From: Pseudobdellovibrionaceae bacterium
GTDB taxonomy: Bacteria; Bdellovibrionota; Bdellovibrionia; Bdellovibrionales; Bdellovibrionaceae
DNA: 64,000 bases
Reading direction: 5' to 3'
NCBI GenBank assembly: GCA_043765175.1
Contig: JAYUJM010000096.1
Coordinates: forward strand, 3,900-67,899
Shown here in pieces: positions 28,529-37,555 of this stretch (its first letter is position 1; every line of letters begins with the position of its first letter). The notes beneath the pieces were generated by a model, which had not been told where the DNA came from, made no database searches, and saw nothing but the letters and a program-made list of their open reading frames with translations. The translations under genes and the position numbers were made by a program.

Positions 28529-30928
28529 TTAGCTTGCGTGATTAGCCACTAATACTGCGCGTGGTTTACTGCCATTGGCAGGACCGACAACCCCTTCTTT
28601 TTCAAAAACTTCTATCAACCGCGCAGCTCGAGGATATCCTAATTTAAATCGCCTTTGTATTAATGAAGCTGAAATGGCTTTTTGTGTTCCAGCCCAGGAT
28701 AATATTTCATCATATTTTTCATCGTATTCTTCATCTGCACCGAATTCATCACCTACTTCTCCATTAGAACTTGTTGCTCCAAATGAGCTTTGATTAGGCC
28801 CACCTTCAAGTGCTCTCATTGCAAGTGGGTCATATTCAGGTTCTCCCTGATCTGACCAAAATTTTGCAATTCCATTGATTTCAGTTTCTTTTAAATAAGG
28901 CCCATGGTGACGAACTGATTTACCAGATCCACCAGCTACAAACAGCATATCACCTTGCGCCAATAGCCTCTCTGCTCCTTGTTCATCTAAAATAATTCGA
29001 GAGTCCATTTTAGAAGCCACTTTAAAACTTATGCGCCCAGGAATATTAGTCTTAATAAGTCCAGTTACAACTTCTTTACGTGGCGATTGCATAGCTAGCA
29101 TCAAATGCATTCCACAAGCACGAGCCATCTGCGCCAATCGAACAATATTTTGTTCGACATTTATTTTATCTACAGCCATCAAGTCACCAAATTCTTCAAC
29201 TGCAATGACTATATACGGTTGTGATGTATAATAATATTGTTCTAATTTTAATATTCCTTGATTTTCATATTCGGCATTAATTTTTTCATGTTCTGAAATT
29301 TTTTCGGCTGATAGTTTTTCAACAGCTTCATTAAACTGCTCTATATTACGGGCTCCAAATTTTGACATTGATTTATAGCGTTTTTCCATTTCTTTAACAG
29401 CCCAACGTAATGCAAACACCGCTTTTTTTGGATCTCTTATTGGTGGCATTATCAGATGTGGAATGTCAGCAAATGCAGCCAAATCAACTTGCTTTGGATC
29501 AACTAAAATCATCCGTAATGTTTTAGGTGAATGCTTAAATAAAAATCCTGTAATCGTTGAAACTGTAAAAACAGATTTTCCAGAACCTGTAGTACCGGCA
29601 ATAAGTAAGTGTGGCATTTTTCTTAGATCTACAATTTTTGGATCTCCATTTGTTTGTTTTCCTAAAGCAATAGGCAATTTAAATTCATCGGACCAAAAAT
29701 GCTCATCAGCCAATAGATCTTTTAAATAAACCGTTTCACGTTGTGTATTTGAAGTTTCAATTCCAATGACATCTCGTCCTGGAATTGGTGCAATAATTCG
29801 AAGGGATTCTGCAGACAACGCAAGCGATAGGTCATCCGCCAGTTCAGTCACTTTGTTGACTCTGACATCTGCATTAGGTTTAAATTCAAACATTGTTACC
29901 ACAGGACCGGGCTTTGCAGCTGTAATTTGCCCATTAACGCCAAACTGTTTTAATTTATCTAACGTAATATCTGCTTTACGACGTATTTCTTTTTCTTCAA
30001 TACGAATACGCATTTGTGGAGGATCATCCAATAAAGATAATTTTGGCATAGTCCAATTTTCAACTCTGCGTGGTGTTTTAACATTCATAATCACTTTACG
30101 ACGAGCCGGAGGCTCATATACAGAGACTGCCACCTCAGAGTCAATCTGACTGACCTCAGAAGGAAGGCTGACTGATTCATCGTCTTTTAAAAAATCCTCG
30201 TTGACCGAATCTTTAACCTCAATATTTTGAGAACTTGAATCTTGAATCAAAGACTTTGGCTTTGAAACTTCATTTTTATTTATTAGAAAATTGTCGGTTT
30301 TTTTTATTGAAGTCACATTTTGCTTTAGTGTTTTAAACGACCATGTCCAACCTGATATTAATCCTTGAAAACTGGTCTTAGATTTATCTTGAATAACATC
30401 AAATATTTGATGAGCAAACTTTTGCAAAGAAAACTCAAAGCAAAATACAAACAAAACTAAAGACAATGTCCATAGTAAAATTTGAGCTCCTATTGAATTA
30501 AAAATTTTCATTAGTCCGAACGAAACACCAAGTCCTAAAAAACCACCTGGATAAATTTGATTTTGAAAAAATTTCACTTCAGGCCAATAAATTGAAACTA
30601 ATGCTGCAATAAATAATATAAGTATAATTCCAAGCAAGTGCCTGATATCTTTCATTTCACTTTTTTTGTACCTATAACTGTTATAGGCCATTAAAAAAAT
30701 AAATGCGATGGCAATCCATGCCGTTAATCCAAAAAGACGATACACTATGTCGGCTAAAAAGCTTCCTGCTAGTCCACAGTAATTTAAGGTTAACAATCCC
30801 TGCCCAGCTGAATTAAATGAAGGATCTTGAGGGTTATAACCTGCAAGAGATAAACTTAAAAAAAGACCTAAACCAAATAAACTAATCGCTTGCACATCAT
30901 ATTGAAATTTTTTAAAAAATGCATTCAT
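28529..30928 (-). CDS. ftsK: DNA translocase FtsK
   Basis: N-terminal TM domain, GPVVTMFE, RIIAPIPG, MPHLLIAGTTGSGKS, GAERLLAQGDML, gamma domain SASLIQRRFKLGYPRAARLIE. Confidence 0.97.
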   Translation of the reverse strand: MNAFFKKFQYDVQAISLFGLGLFLSLSLAGYNPQDPSFNSAGQGLLTLNYCGLAGSFLADIVYRLFGLTAWIAIAFIFLMAYNSYRYKKSEMKDIRHLLGIILILFIAALVSIYWPEVKFFQNQIYPGGFLGLGVSFGLMKIFNSIGAQILLWTLSLVLFVFCFEFSLQKFAHQIFDVIQDKSKTSFQGLISGWTWSFKTLKQNVTSIKKTDNFLINKNEVSKPKSLIQDSSSQNIEVKDSVNEDFLKDDESVSLPSEVSQIDSEVAVSVYEPPARRKVIMNVKTPRRVENWTMPKLSLLDDPPQMRIRIEEKEIRRKADITLDKLKQFGVNGQITAAKPGPVVTMFEFKPNADVRVNKVTELADDLSLALSAESLRIIAPIPGRDVIGIETSNTQRETVYLKDLLADEHFWSDEFKLPIALGKQTNGDPKIVDLRKMPHLLIAGTTGSGKSVFTVSTITGFLFKHSPKTLRMILVDPKQVDLAAFADIPHLIMPPIRDPKKAVFALRWAVKEMEKRYKSMSKFGARNIEQFNEAVEKLSAEKISEHEKINAEYENQGILKLEQYYYTSQPYIVIAVEEFGDLMAVDKINVEQNIVRLAQMARACGMHLMLAMQSPRKEVVTGLIKTNIPGRISFKVASKMDSRIILDEQGAERLLAQGDMLFVAGGSGKSVRHHGPYLKETEINGIAKFWSDQGEPEYDPLAMRALEGGPNQSSFGATSSNGEVGDEFGADEEYDEKYDEILSWAGTQKAISASLIQRRFKLGYPRAARLIEVFEKEGVVGPANGSKPRAVLVANHAS

Positions 30929-31030
30929 TCGCTTAGTTTAACTCAATTTAAATTGATCTAGCAAAACTCTGAAGGTCTGGTCTAGACATAATTTGCATCC
31001 TAGACCATGATCTGTTAAACAAACTACCTC

Positions 31031-31714
31031 ATGACATTACAAACACTTGATTCTTTACAAAGCTCTCTTCAACTCGAACTCAAAATCAATGAAATTTTTT
31101 ACTCTATTCAAGGGGAAAGTTCATATGCAGGGGAAAGAACTGTTTTCATAAGAACAACAGGGTGCAATCTAAGATGCACTTATTGCGATACAAAATATTC
31201 CTACTATGAAGGCCAGATGATGAGTCTTGAAAAAATTATACAGTCAATTGATTCTTATGAAGCTGAATACGTTTGTATTACAGGCGGTGAACCATTGCTT
31301 CAAAAGAATATCCACAGTTTAATCCACATTTTATGTAATAAAAATTACAAAGTATCCATAGAAACCAGTGGAGCTAAGCCAATTTATGATATTGACCCCC
31401 GCGCAAAAATTATTTTAGACGTAAAAACACCAGATAGCGGGGCGGCTCATTCATTCTTCATTGAAAATCTACAACACTGTACTGATTCTACCGAGTTTAA
31501 GTTTGTTATTTGTAGCGAAACAGATCTTGAATTTTCAGAAAATTTTTGCCGTCAACATGATTTATTAAAAAAATTTACAATTTTATACAGCCCATCACAC
31601 GGACAAGTAGCTGAATCTTGGTTAGCAGAAAGAATTTTATACAAAAAGCTAAAAGTTAGGTTGCAATTGCAACAACATAAGTATATTTGGTTACCCACAA
31701 CTCGCGGTGTTTAA
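31031..31714 (+). CDS. queE: 7-carboxy-7-deazaguanine synthase (radical SAM)
   Basis: EIFYSIQGE, GCNLRCTYCDT, ITGGEPLLQ, IETSG, DVKTP.SG, LQLQQHK.IW. Confidence 0.9.
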   Translation: MTLQTLDSLQSSLQLELKINEIFYSIQGESSYAGERTVFIRTTGCNLRCTYCDTKYSYYEGQMMSLEKIIQSIDSYEAEYVCITGGEPLLQKNIHSLIHILCNKNYKVSIETSGAKPIYDIDPRAKIILDVKTPDSGAAHSFFIENLQHCTDSTEFKFVICSETDLEFSENFCRQHDLLKKFTILYSPSHGQVAESWLAERILYKKLKVRLQLQQHKYIWLPTTRGV

Positions 31715-31786
31715 AAAAACACCTCAAATTAAAAAACAATAAACAACGTTTAAAAAACGTTACTATACAATGAAAGAGGGAGTTCC

Positions 31787-32158
31787 ATGACGCCAAACCT
31801 GAACAGCTCAGAAAATCTTTTTGTCGCTAACTTGCAACAAGTCAGCTTGGAAAAATTAGTAAAAAGCAAACTAGAAGTTTTATTTCAACAACAAAAAGAA
31901 GCTCAAGTTGAATTGAGCGGTTTATACAATATTGTTTTAGAACAAGTAGAAAAACCACTTATTGAGTTATCACTTAAAGCATTTAACGGAAACCAAGTTA
32001 AAACAGCTATCATGTTAGGTATTAACAGAAACACTCTTAAAAAGAAAATTGACAACTATAAATTAAAACCTAAAAAAGGAGCTCAGGCTCAAGTTGTAGC
32101 GGCAATGCCAACTCACACAACGACAACATTAGAAGCTTCTACTGTTTTAGCACAGTAA
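31787..32158 (+). CDS. Fis-like HTH DNA-binding protein
   Basis: [41 protein letters not shown] (Fis/HTH_8); extra C-terminal tail. Confidence 0.88.
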   Translation: MTPNLNSSENLFVANLQQVSLEKLVKSKLEVLFQQQKEAQVELSGLYNIVLEQVEKPLIELSLKAFNGNQVKTAIMLGINRNTLKKKIDNYKLKPKKGAQAQVVAAMPTHTTTTLEASTVLAQ

Positions 32159-32181
32159 TTTTTTAATTTTTTTCATTTAAA

Positions 32182-32210
32182 AAGCCATCTGAGAAGATGG
32201 CTTTTTTTTT
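32182..32210 (+). terminator. Intrinsic terminator after fis-like gene
   Basis: AAGCCATCT-GAGA-AGATGGCTT followed by a T-run. Confidence 0.88.
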
Positions 32211-32292
32211 CACTAAACATTGAGTTAAATCATTAAATCAATCGTATTATTTCATCTTTTTTGATAGATTAGTTTCTATTGTAGGGGACTAG

Positions 32293-33699
32293 ATGAGCCA
32301 AAAAATACCACCACAAAGTTTAGAAGCTGAGTTTTCTGTTTTAGGTGGACTCATGCTCGAGCGAGAAGCTTTTGATCAAGTTGCAGATCTTCTTGATATG
32401 CAAGATTTTTATAAACCTGCTCACCAAATTATTTATAAAACTATTTTAGAACTTCACCAAAAATCACAACCTATTGACTTAGTTACTGTTATGAATTTGC
32501 TTCAGTCTAAAAATGAGCTGGATCAAGTCGGAGGAGCAGAATATCTGTTAACACTTTTAGAAAAAGTAGTGTCTGCAGCAAATATTGATTCGCATGCTAA
32601 AATTATTCGAGATAAATCTCTTCTTCGAAGACTTATTCACACTTCATCAAACCTCATTGAAAAAGCTTTTGGCTCTGATTTTAATGATGTTGAAACACTT
32701 ATTGATTTAGCAGAAAGTGAAATACTTAAAGTCGGCGAAAATAAAATGTCTTCGGGTCTTATCGGGACAATGGACATTGTTAAATCTTCGATTGAAAAAA
32801 TTGAAGATCTTTATAAAAGAAAGGCTGATGTCACAGGTGTTCCTACAGGATTTACAGAATTAGATAAAATGACATCTGGACTTCATGGAGGCGAATTAAT
32901 TATTGTTGCCGCTCGTCCTTCGATGGGAAAAACAGCTTTCAGTCTAAACTTAGCCACTCATATGGCTCTTAAAGCAAAAAAAACTGTAGCTTATTTTTCT
33001 GTCGAGATGTCAAAAGAATCAGTCATGATGCGTCTTCTTTCTGGTGAATCAAAAATCAGTATGGGTGAAATTCGTACGGGTCGCATTCAAGATGCTTCAT
33101 GGCCTAAGCTTATTCAAGCTGCAGGAGCTATTAGTGAAGCGCCATTATTTATTGATGATACGGCTGGAATTTCTCCATTTGAAATTCGAGCGCGATGTCG
33201 CAGACTAAAAGCAACTCATGGTTTAGATTGTATTATGATTGATTACCTTCAAATGATGGATCTTAAACAAAAAGTAGAAAGCCGAGAGCGAGCTGTTTCT
33301 GAAATCTCAAAAGGTTTAAAAAGCATAGCTAAAGAATTAAAGGTTCCTATAATAGCCCTTGCGCAGCTTAATCGGGGTGTTGAAGGCCGTTCTGATCGAC
33401 GTCCTATGCTGTCTGACCTTCGCGAGTCAGGTTCAATTGAACAAGATGCTGATGTGATTATGATGTTATACCGTGATGATTACTACGATAAAGAAGATCA
33501 AGATAAAGCAGGACACGCTGAAGTCATTATTGGAAAACAAAGAAATGGTCCTACTGGAACAGTTAAACTAAAATTTGATGCGAAAATTAATAAATTTCGT
33601 GATGCAGATCCTGATTCAATATCACCATTACCGCCACCACAGGCTCCTCCACAACAGTATGGAAAGCCTCGTAATTTTGCCCCTGGAGCTCAGGGGTAA
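32293..33699 (+). CDS. dnaB: Replicative DNA helicase
   Basis: PPQSLEAE, AARPSMGKT, FSVEM, IDYLQMM, LAQLNR.VE.R.DRRPMLSDLRESGSIEQDAD, KQRNGPTG; no intein. Confidence 0.98.
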   Translation: MSQKIPPQSLEAEFSVLGGLMLEREAFDQVADLLDMQDFYKPAHQIIYKTILELHQKSQPIDLVTVMNLLQSKNELDQVGGAEYLLTLLEKVVSAANIDSHAKIIRDKSLLRRLIHTSSNLIEKAFGSDFNDVETLIDLAESEILKVGENKMSSGLIGTMDIVKSSIEKIEDLYKRKADVTGVPTGFTELDKMTSGLHGGELIIVAARPSMGKTAFSLNLATHMALKAKKTVAYFSVEMSKESVMMRLLSGESKISMGEIRTGRIQDASWPKLIQAAGAISEAPLFIDDTAGISPFEIRARCRRLKATHGLDCIMIDYLQMMDLKQKVESRERAVSEISKGLKSIAKELKVPIIALAQLNRGVEGRSDRRPMLSDLRESGSIEQDADVIMMLYRDDYYDKEDQDKAGHAEVIIGKQRNGPTGTVKLKFDAKINKFRDADPDSISPLPPPQAPPQQYGKPRNFAPGAQG

Positions 33700-33709
33700 T
33701 ATTAAAAAA

Positions 33710-34135
33710 TTATTTTAAGTTAATTTGTAAAACGTAATCTGCAGTCAATTTAAAAGCTGCCTTTTGAAATGAAGGCGGTCCAAATGGTTCAGAAGCATTA
33801 TTAGAAAAACCATATTTTTCCTGAGGAATTCCAAACATTCCAGTATTTAATTTTTCATCACTATTTTTATCATGAAATGTACTTACGGCATAAGTGCCTG
33901 CTGGAACACCTGGAAAAATACAACTTCCAGTATTGCCTGCGACTGTGCCAGTCACACTTTTATAAGCCTTTGCTGGTTCTTTTGGAAAACCGACAGCGCT
34001 ATTAAATAATAAACATAAATATTTACCATTAGCTGAAGAAGTTCCAAGTCCTTTAACCGTTAAAGTTAAAGCGTGTGCACTTATTTGTGTTAAAAGTATC
34101 GTTGCTACGGCTGCCGCTAATATTGTTTTTTTCAT
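33710..34135 (-). CDS. DUF2141 family secreted protein
   Basis: Signal peptide; GTYAVSTFHDKNSD.KLNT..FGIPQE.YGFSNN..FGPPSF.KA.F. Confidence 0.9.
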   Translation of the reverse strand: MKKTILAAAVATILLTQISAHALTLTVKGLGTSSANGKYLCLLFNSAVGFPKEPAKAYKSVTGTVAGNTGSCIFPGVPAGTYAVSTFHDKNSDEKLNTGMFGIPQEKYGFSNNASEPFGPPSFQKAAFKLTADYVLQINLK

Positions 34136-34164
34136 TTTTTCCCCGCTTTGTTATTAATTTAATT

Positions 34165-35106
34165 TTAATATCCTACTTGAATGTTGAATTGTGGTCTCCA
34201 TTTATTCTTGTTTTTATCTTTTTCTTTAAGCTCATTTAATTTTAAAGTGTAAGGATCGCTCGAAATAACTTTGTTTTGTGTTCTAAATCCATTATTAACT
34301 ACATAGGCAGGATTTAAAACAATAACTGCTACTTTTTCTAAAAAATTAAACCCATTGTGATGCATGCTGATTGTCATACGGTTAGTAGCTTCGCCCAGCA
34401 AAGCTCCTAAAACTGGAGTTGCGATAAGATCATTAATACTTGGTCGCTCAAATGGAGCTTCTACTACATATTCCCATAAAGTTGATTGAGCTACTGCAAA
34501 TAAAAAACTTTCCCAAGGAGTTGCGTTTTGGCTTCGCATAAAATTATAGTAAATCGAACCTGAATGTGGATGAGATATATAATTAATAAAAAAACTGTCC
34601 TTATCCCAAACCGGCGGCTGAGTCCAAGCTCGTTTTAAATTTTGCCCTGCTATTTGCAGATTTACTTTTCCCCAGTTAGTAATATCTTTAGGCAAAGCTG
34701 ACAAAACTCCTAATGATGCCAATTGCATTCCTTGAATATATTTTGAAGAGTGAACAATTTTTTTAAGTAAATTTTGATCGTAATTTTTAAGTAAAAATTG
34801 AGTCTGTTCTGAAGGTTTTTCAATAAATTTTAGTTCACAATTATTAAGATCAAGTTTTAAATCAGCTGATGCTTTACTGCAAACTAAAAGCGGCTTAACA
34901 TCAGAATTATTATTTTTTTCTAATTCTGCAGAAAACTTCTCAAGATTACTTCGAATCTGCCATGGCAGTGTTAAATTGACTTGTTCTAATTCTATTTTTT
35001 CTCGTAAAATAGATTTTTCAGAATTTTCATTCAATAAATTTACTTGAGCTTGAGCAATTGAAATATGAAATCCTAATACAAAAAGGCTTATTTTTTTTAA
35101 ATTCAT
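34165..35106 (-). CDS. DUF3943 family exported/membrane protein
   Basis: NYISHPHSGSIYY, STLWEY.VEA.FERPSINDLIATPVLG.LLGE; signal peptide; GTAGGAG RBS. Confidence 0.85.
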   Translation of the reverse strand: MNLKKISLFVLGFHISIAQAQVNLLNENSEKSILREKIELEQVNLTLPWQIRSNLEKFSAELEKNNNSDVKPLLVCSKASADLKLDLNNCELKFIEKPSEQTQFLLKNYDQNLLKKIVHSSKYIQGMQLASLGVLSALPKDITNWGKVNLQIAGQNLKRAWTQPPVWDKDSFFINYISHPHSGSIYYNFMRSQNATPWESFLFAVAQSTLWEYVVEAPFERPSINDLIATPVLGALLGEATNRMTISMHHNGFNFLEKVAVIVLNPAYVVNNGFRTQNKVISSDPYTLKLNELKEKDKNKNKWRPQFNIQVGY

Positions 35107-35127
35107 AAAATCTCCTACAAAAAAATT

Positions 35128-35143
35128 TGCAAGACTACGGCCA
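35128..35143 (-). promoter_or_regulatory. sigma54 (-24/-12) promoter of DUF3943-DUF2141
   Basis: Minus strand TGGCCG-TAGTC-TTGCA, GG-N10-GC spacing, 22 nt upstream of ATG. Confidence 0.65.
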
Positions 35144-35221
35144 TCTTAAAATGAATATAATTTATCTCACAATTTGTAACTGGATAAAGATGAATTGGGT
35201 GGAGCTTTTTTTGTTAGCGAT

Positions 35222-35234
35222 TCTCAAAATGAGA
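35222..35234. repeat. Palindrome TCTCA-AAA-TGAGA, copy 1
   Basis: Identical 13-mer also at 49466-49478; about 80-90 bp upstream of the sigma54 site at 35128-35143. Confidence 0.55.
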
Positions 35235-35272
35235 CGAATTTTTTTATTTTAGATTTATTATATTATTATTTT

Positions 35273-36289
35273 TTAACTTAAATAAGTTTGAGCCATTTTC
35301 CAGTAAATTGGCATTCCTACTAAAATATTAAATGGAAATGTAATACCCAACGACATCGTTAAATAAATACTTGAGCTGGCCTCTGGTAAGCTTGTTTTTA
35401 ATGCGGCAGGAACAGCAATATAAGAAGCACTCGCTGTAATAATCATAAACATAAATCCGTCGGTGGGCGACATTCCAATGAGCTGAGCAATCAGCAAAGC
35501 AATGCTTGCATTCACAACCGGAGCTAAAATCGCAACTGCAGACAAAAATAAAGCACTATTTTTTAGTTCTTTAACTTGTCGAGCTGCAACCATTCCTAAA
35601 TCAAACAAAAAGAAACAAAGAAACCCTTTAAAAATATCATAAACAAAAACCTGATAGTCATTAGCTAGTTTAGGATTCATAATGTAACCAATGATCATAC
35701 TTCCAACTAAAATAAAAACAGATCCATTAAAAAAAGCATCATGTAAAATTTCTTTTAAATTAAATTGTGACAGGCTTTGATCTGACTCAGATACTTTTAA
35801 TTTTTTCCGATTCATTATTTTTGGCAAAGCCAAGCCCATCATAATTGCAGGCGCTTCTACCAAAGCCATCATGGCTACCATGTGACCGCCAACACGAACA
35901 CCTTGATTTTCAAGCCAAGAATTTGCAGTCAAAAATGTAACTGCACTGACTGAACCGTAACAAGCTGCCGCTGCAGCTGCATTTTCTACGGAAATTTTTA
36001 GCCTTAAAACGAAAAATATCCAAAATGGTATAAGACTTGCGAAAAAAACTCCGGCAACAAGTGTTTCTATAATTTCTAAATTTAATGTCGTTTTTGCGAG
36101 TGAAATTCCGCCCTTAAATCCAATCGACATAAGTAAATAATAGGATAGAAATTTTATCGTTTGAGGGGGAATTTCAATATTAGATCTGACCCAGACAGCT
36201 AGCACGCCTAAACAAAAAAACATTATTGTTGGATCTAAAATCATTTCCATATAGTTTATATATATGATTTTATATAACAAACCAAGCAC
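35273..36289 (-). CDS. Sodium-dependent bicarbonate transporter family permease (SbtA-like)
   Basis: YLLMSIGFKGG, YGSVSAVTF, LVEAPAI, ASASYIAVPAA, SLGITFPFNI. Real start probably Met14 or Met16. Confidence 0.88.
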   Translation of the reverse strand: MLGLLYKIIYINYMEMILDPTIMFFCLGVLAVWVRSNIEIPPQTIKFLSYYLLMSIGFKGGISLAKTTLNLEIIETLVAGVFFASLIPFWIFFVLRLKISVENAAAAAACYGSVSAVTFLTANSWLENQGVRVGGHMVAMMALVEAPAIMMGLALPKIMNRKKLKVSESDQSLSQFNLKEILHDAFFNGSVFILVGSMIIGYIMNPKLANDYQVFVYDIFKGFLCFFLFDLGMVAARQVKELKNSALFLSAVAILAPVVNASIALLIAQLIGMSPTDGFMFMIITASASYIAVPAALKTSLPEASSSIYLTMSLGITFPFNILVGMPIYWKMAQTYLS

Positions 36290-36322
36290 TCAGTATTAGA
36301 TTCTTGATTCTTTGAGGAAAAT

Positions 36323-37285
36323 ATGAAAAAAAATTATCCATTATCTGAACATTATGACGGAAAAAAATTTTCTTATCCGGGACTTGATATGGATAAATCA
36401 TTTTTAGATTTATTAAAGTGGCAAATTGCAGCAACTAAAGCAAAGTGGCCTCAACAAGTCATCAACACTCATGAGTCTAATTTATCGAGCTCTTTGAATA
36501 AAACTGATATTCAAATTACTTATATTAATCACTCAACTTTTCTAATACAAACAGATGTCATTAATATTTTAACAGACCCAGTGTGGTCAGAACGGGTAAG
36601 CCCTTTTAAATTTGTAGGTCCAAAAAGAGTTCGAAAGCCTGGATTAGAATTTAAAAAACTACCAAATATAGATTTGGTTTTAGTTTCTCACAATCACTAT
36701 GATCATATGGATATTGAAACATTGAAAAATATTTACAAAAATAACTTAGATGCTGTTTTTATTGTACCACTTAAAAATTCACAGTATTTAAATTTTGTAA
36801 ACCCTAGTCAGATTATTGAACTAGATTGGTGGCAATCAGTAAACATTAAACAACAAAACATTACTCTTACTCCAGCTCAACATTGGTCAGCTCGAGGACT
36901 GTTTGATAAACGAAATGCTCTGTGGGGTAGCTTTGTTGTTCAGCTTAATAATCAACGAAAATTATTTTTTACTGGTGATTCTGGATATGATCAGAATTTA
37001 TTTTCAACAATAGGTTCAAAATTTAGCCCCATTGATTTAGCACTTATTCCAATTGGTGCCTATGAGCCTCGTTGGTTTATGAAAAAAGCTCATATGAATC
37101 CTGAAGAAGCTGTATTGACTCATTGTGATTTAAACTCAAAACAATCCGTAGCTATGCATTTCGGAACTTTTCAGCTGACTGATGAAGATTTAAATCAACC
37201 TGTCGTTGATTTAAATAGCGCTTTGAACAAATACAATGTTAAAAAATTTGATATTCTAAATGTAGGTGAAACTAAAATTTACTGA
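36323..37285 (+). CDS. MBL-fold metallo-hydrolase (NAPE-PLD/RomA-like)
   Basis: SEHYDGKKF, NHSTFL, LTDPVWS, SHNHYDHMD, PAQHWSAR, FTGDSG, PIGAYEPRWFM..HMNPEEA, MHFGTF. Confidence 0.9.
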   Translation: MKKNYPLSEHYDGKKFSYPGLDMDKSFLDLLKWQIAATKAKWPQQVINTHESNLSSSLNKTDIQITYINHSTFLIQTDVINILTDPVWSERVSPFKFVGPKRVRKPGLEFKKLPNIDLVLVSHNHYDHMDIETLKNIYKNNLDAVFIVPLKNSQYLNFVNPSQIIELDWWQSVNIKQQNITLTPAQHWSARGLFDKRNALWGSFVVQLNNQRKLFFTGDSGYDQNLFSTIGSKFSPIDLALIPIGAYEPRWFMKKAHMNPEEAVLTHCDLNSKQSVAMHFGTFQLTDEDLNQPVVDLNSALNKYNVKKFDILNVGETKIY

Positions 37286-37554
37286 TCTTTTTTTAAAATA
37301 ATATGATACCCATGTTTTGTCCGAACAGGCTTTGAAATTTCATTCATTTTCAGAATTTTTACTACTTCAGAAAATTCTTCTAAAAATTTTGCATATTTAT
37401 ATTCACCTAAATAGCCGCCTTGTTTTGCAGAAGAACAATGAGAATATTTCTTTGCATAATCAGTAAATCGAGATTTTAAATCATTTTTTGAAATAAGATC
37501 ATCCGCTTCGTATTTATATGTTAATAAAATATGATAAATAATTGTCATATTCAA
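37279..37554 (-). CDS. ppiC: Parvulin-type peptidyl-prolyl isomerase
   Basis: HILL, F.DYAKKYS.CSSAKQGG.LG, SKPVRTKHGYHII. Confidence 0.88.
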   Translation of the reverse strand: MNMTIIYHILLTYKYEADDLISKNDLKSRFTDYAKKYSHCSSAKQGGYLGEYKYAKFLEEFSEVVKILKMNEISKPVRTKHGYHIILKKDQ

Positions 37555-37555
37555 T

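Noticed and set aside
28575-30149. Several 66-127 aa + strand ORFs
   Set aside because: Antisense shadows of conserved ftsK codons; the same applies to those inside gatB, tadA, cpaB, ctpA and DUF885.
30950-31030. Possible preQ1 riboswitch upstream of queE (GGTCTAG-N14-CTAGACC plus A-rich AAACAAACTA)
   Set aside because: Stem, loop and tail spacing do not match preQ1-I, and the repeat overlaps likely promoter elements; an Infernal search would settle it.
32293-33699. Intein in DnaB (also checked LigA)
   Set aside because: Lengths are normal and the conserved motifs are contiguous.
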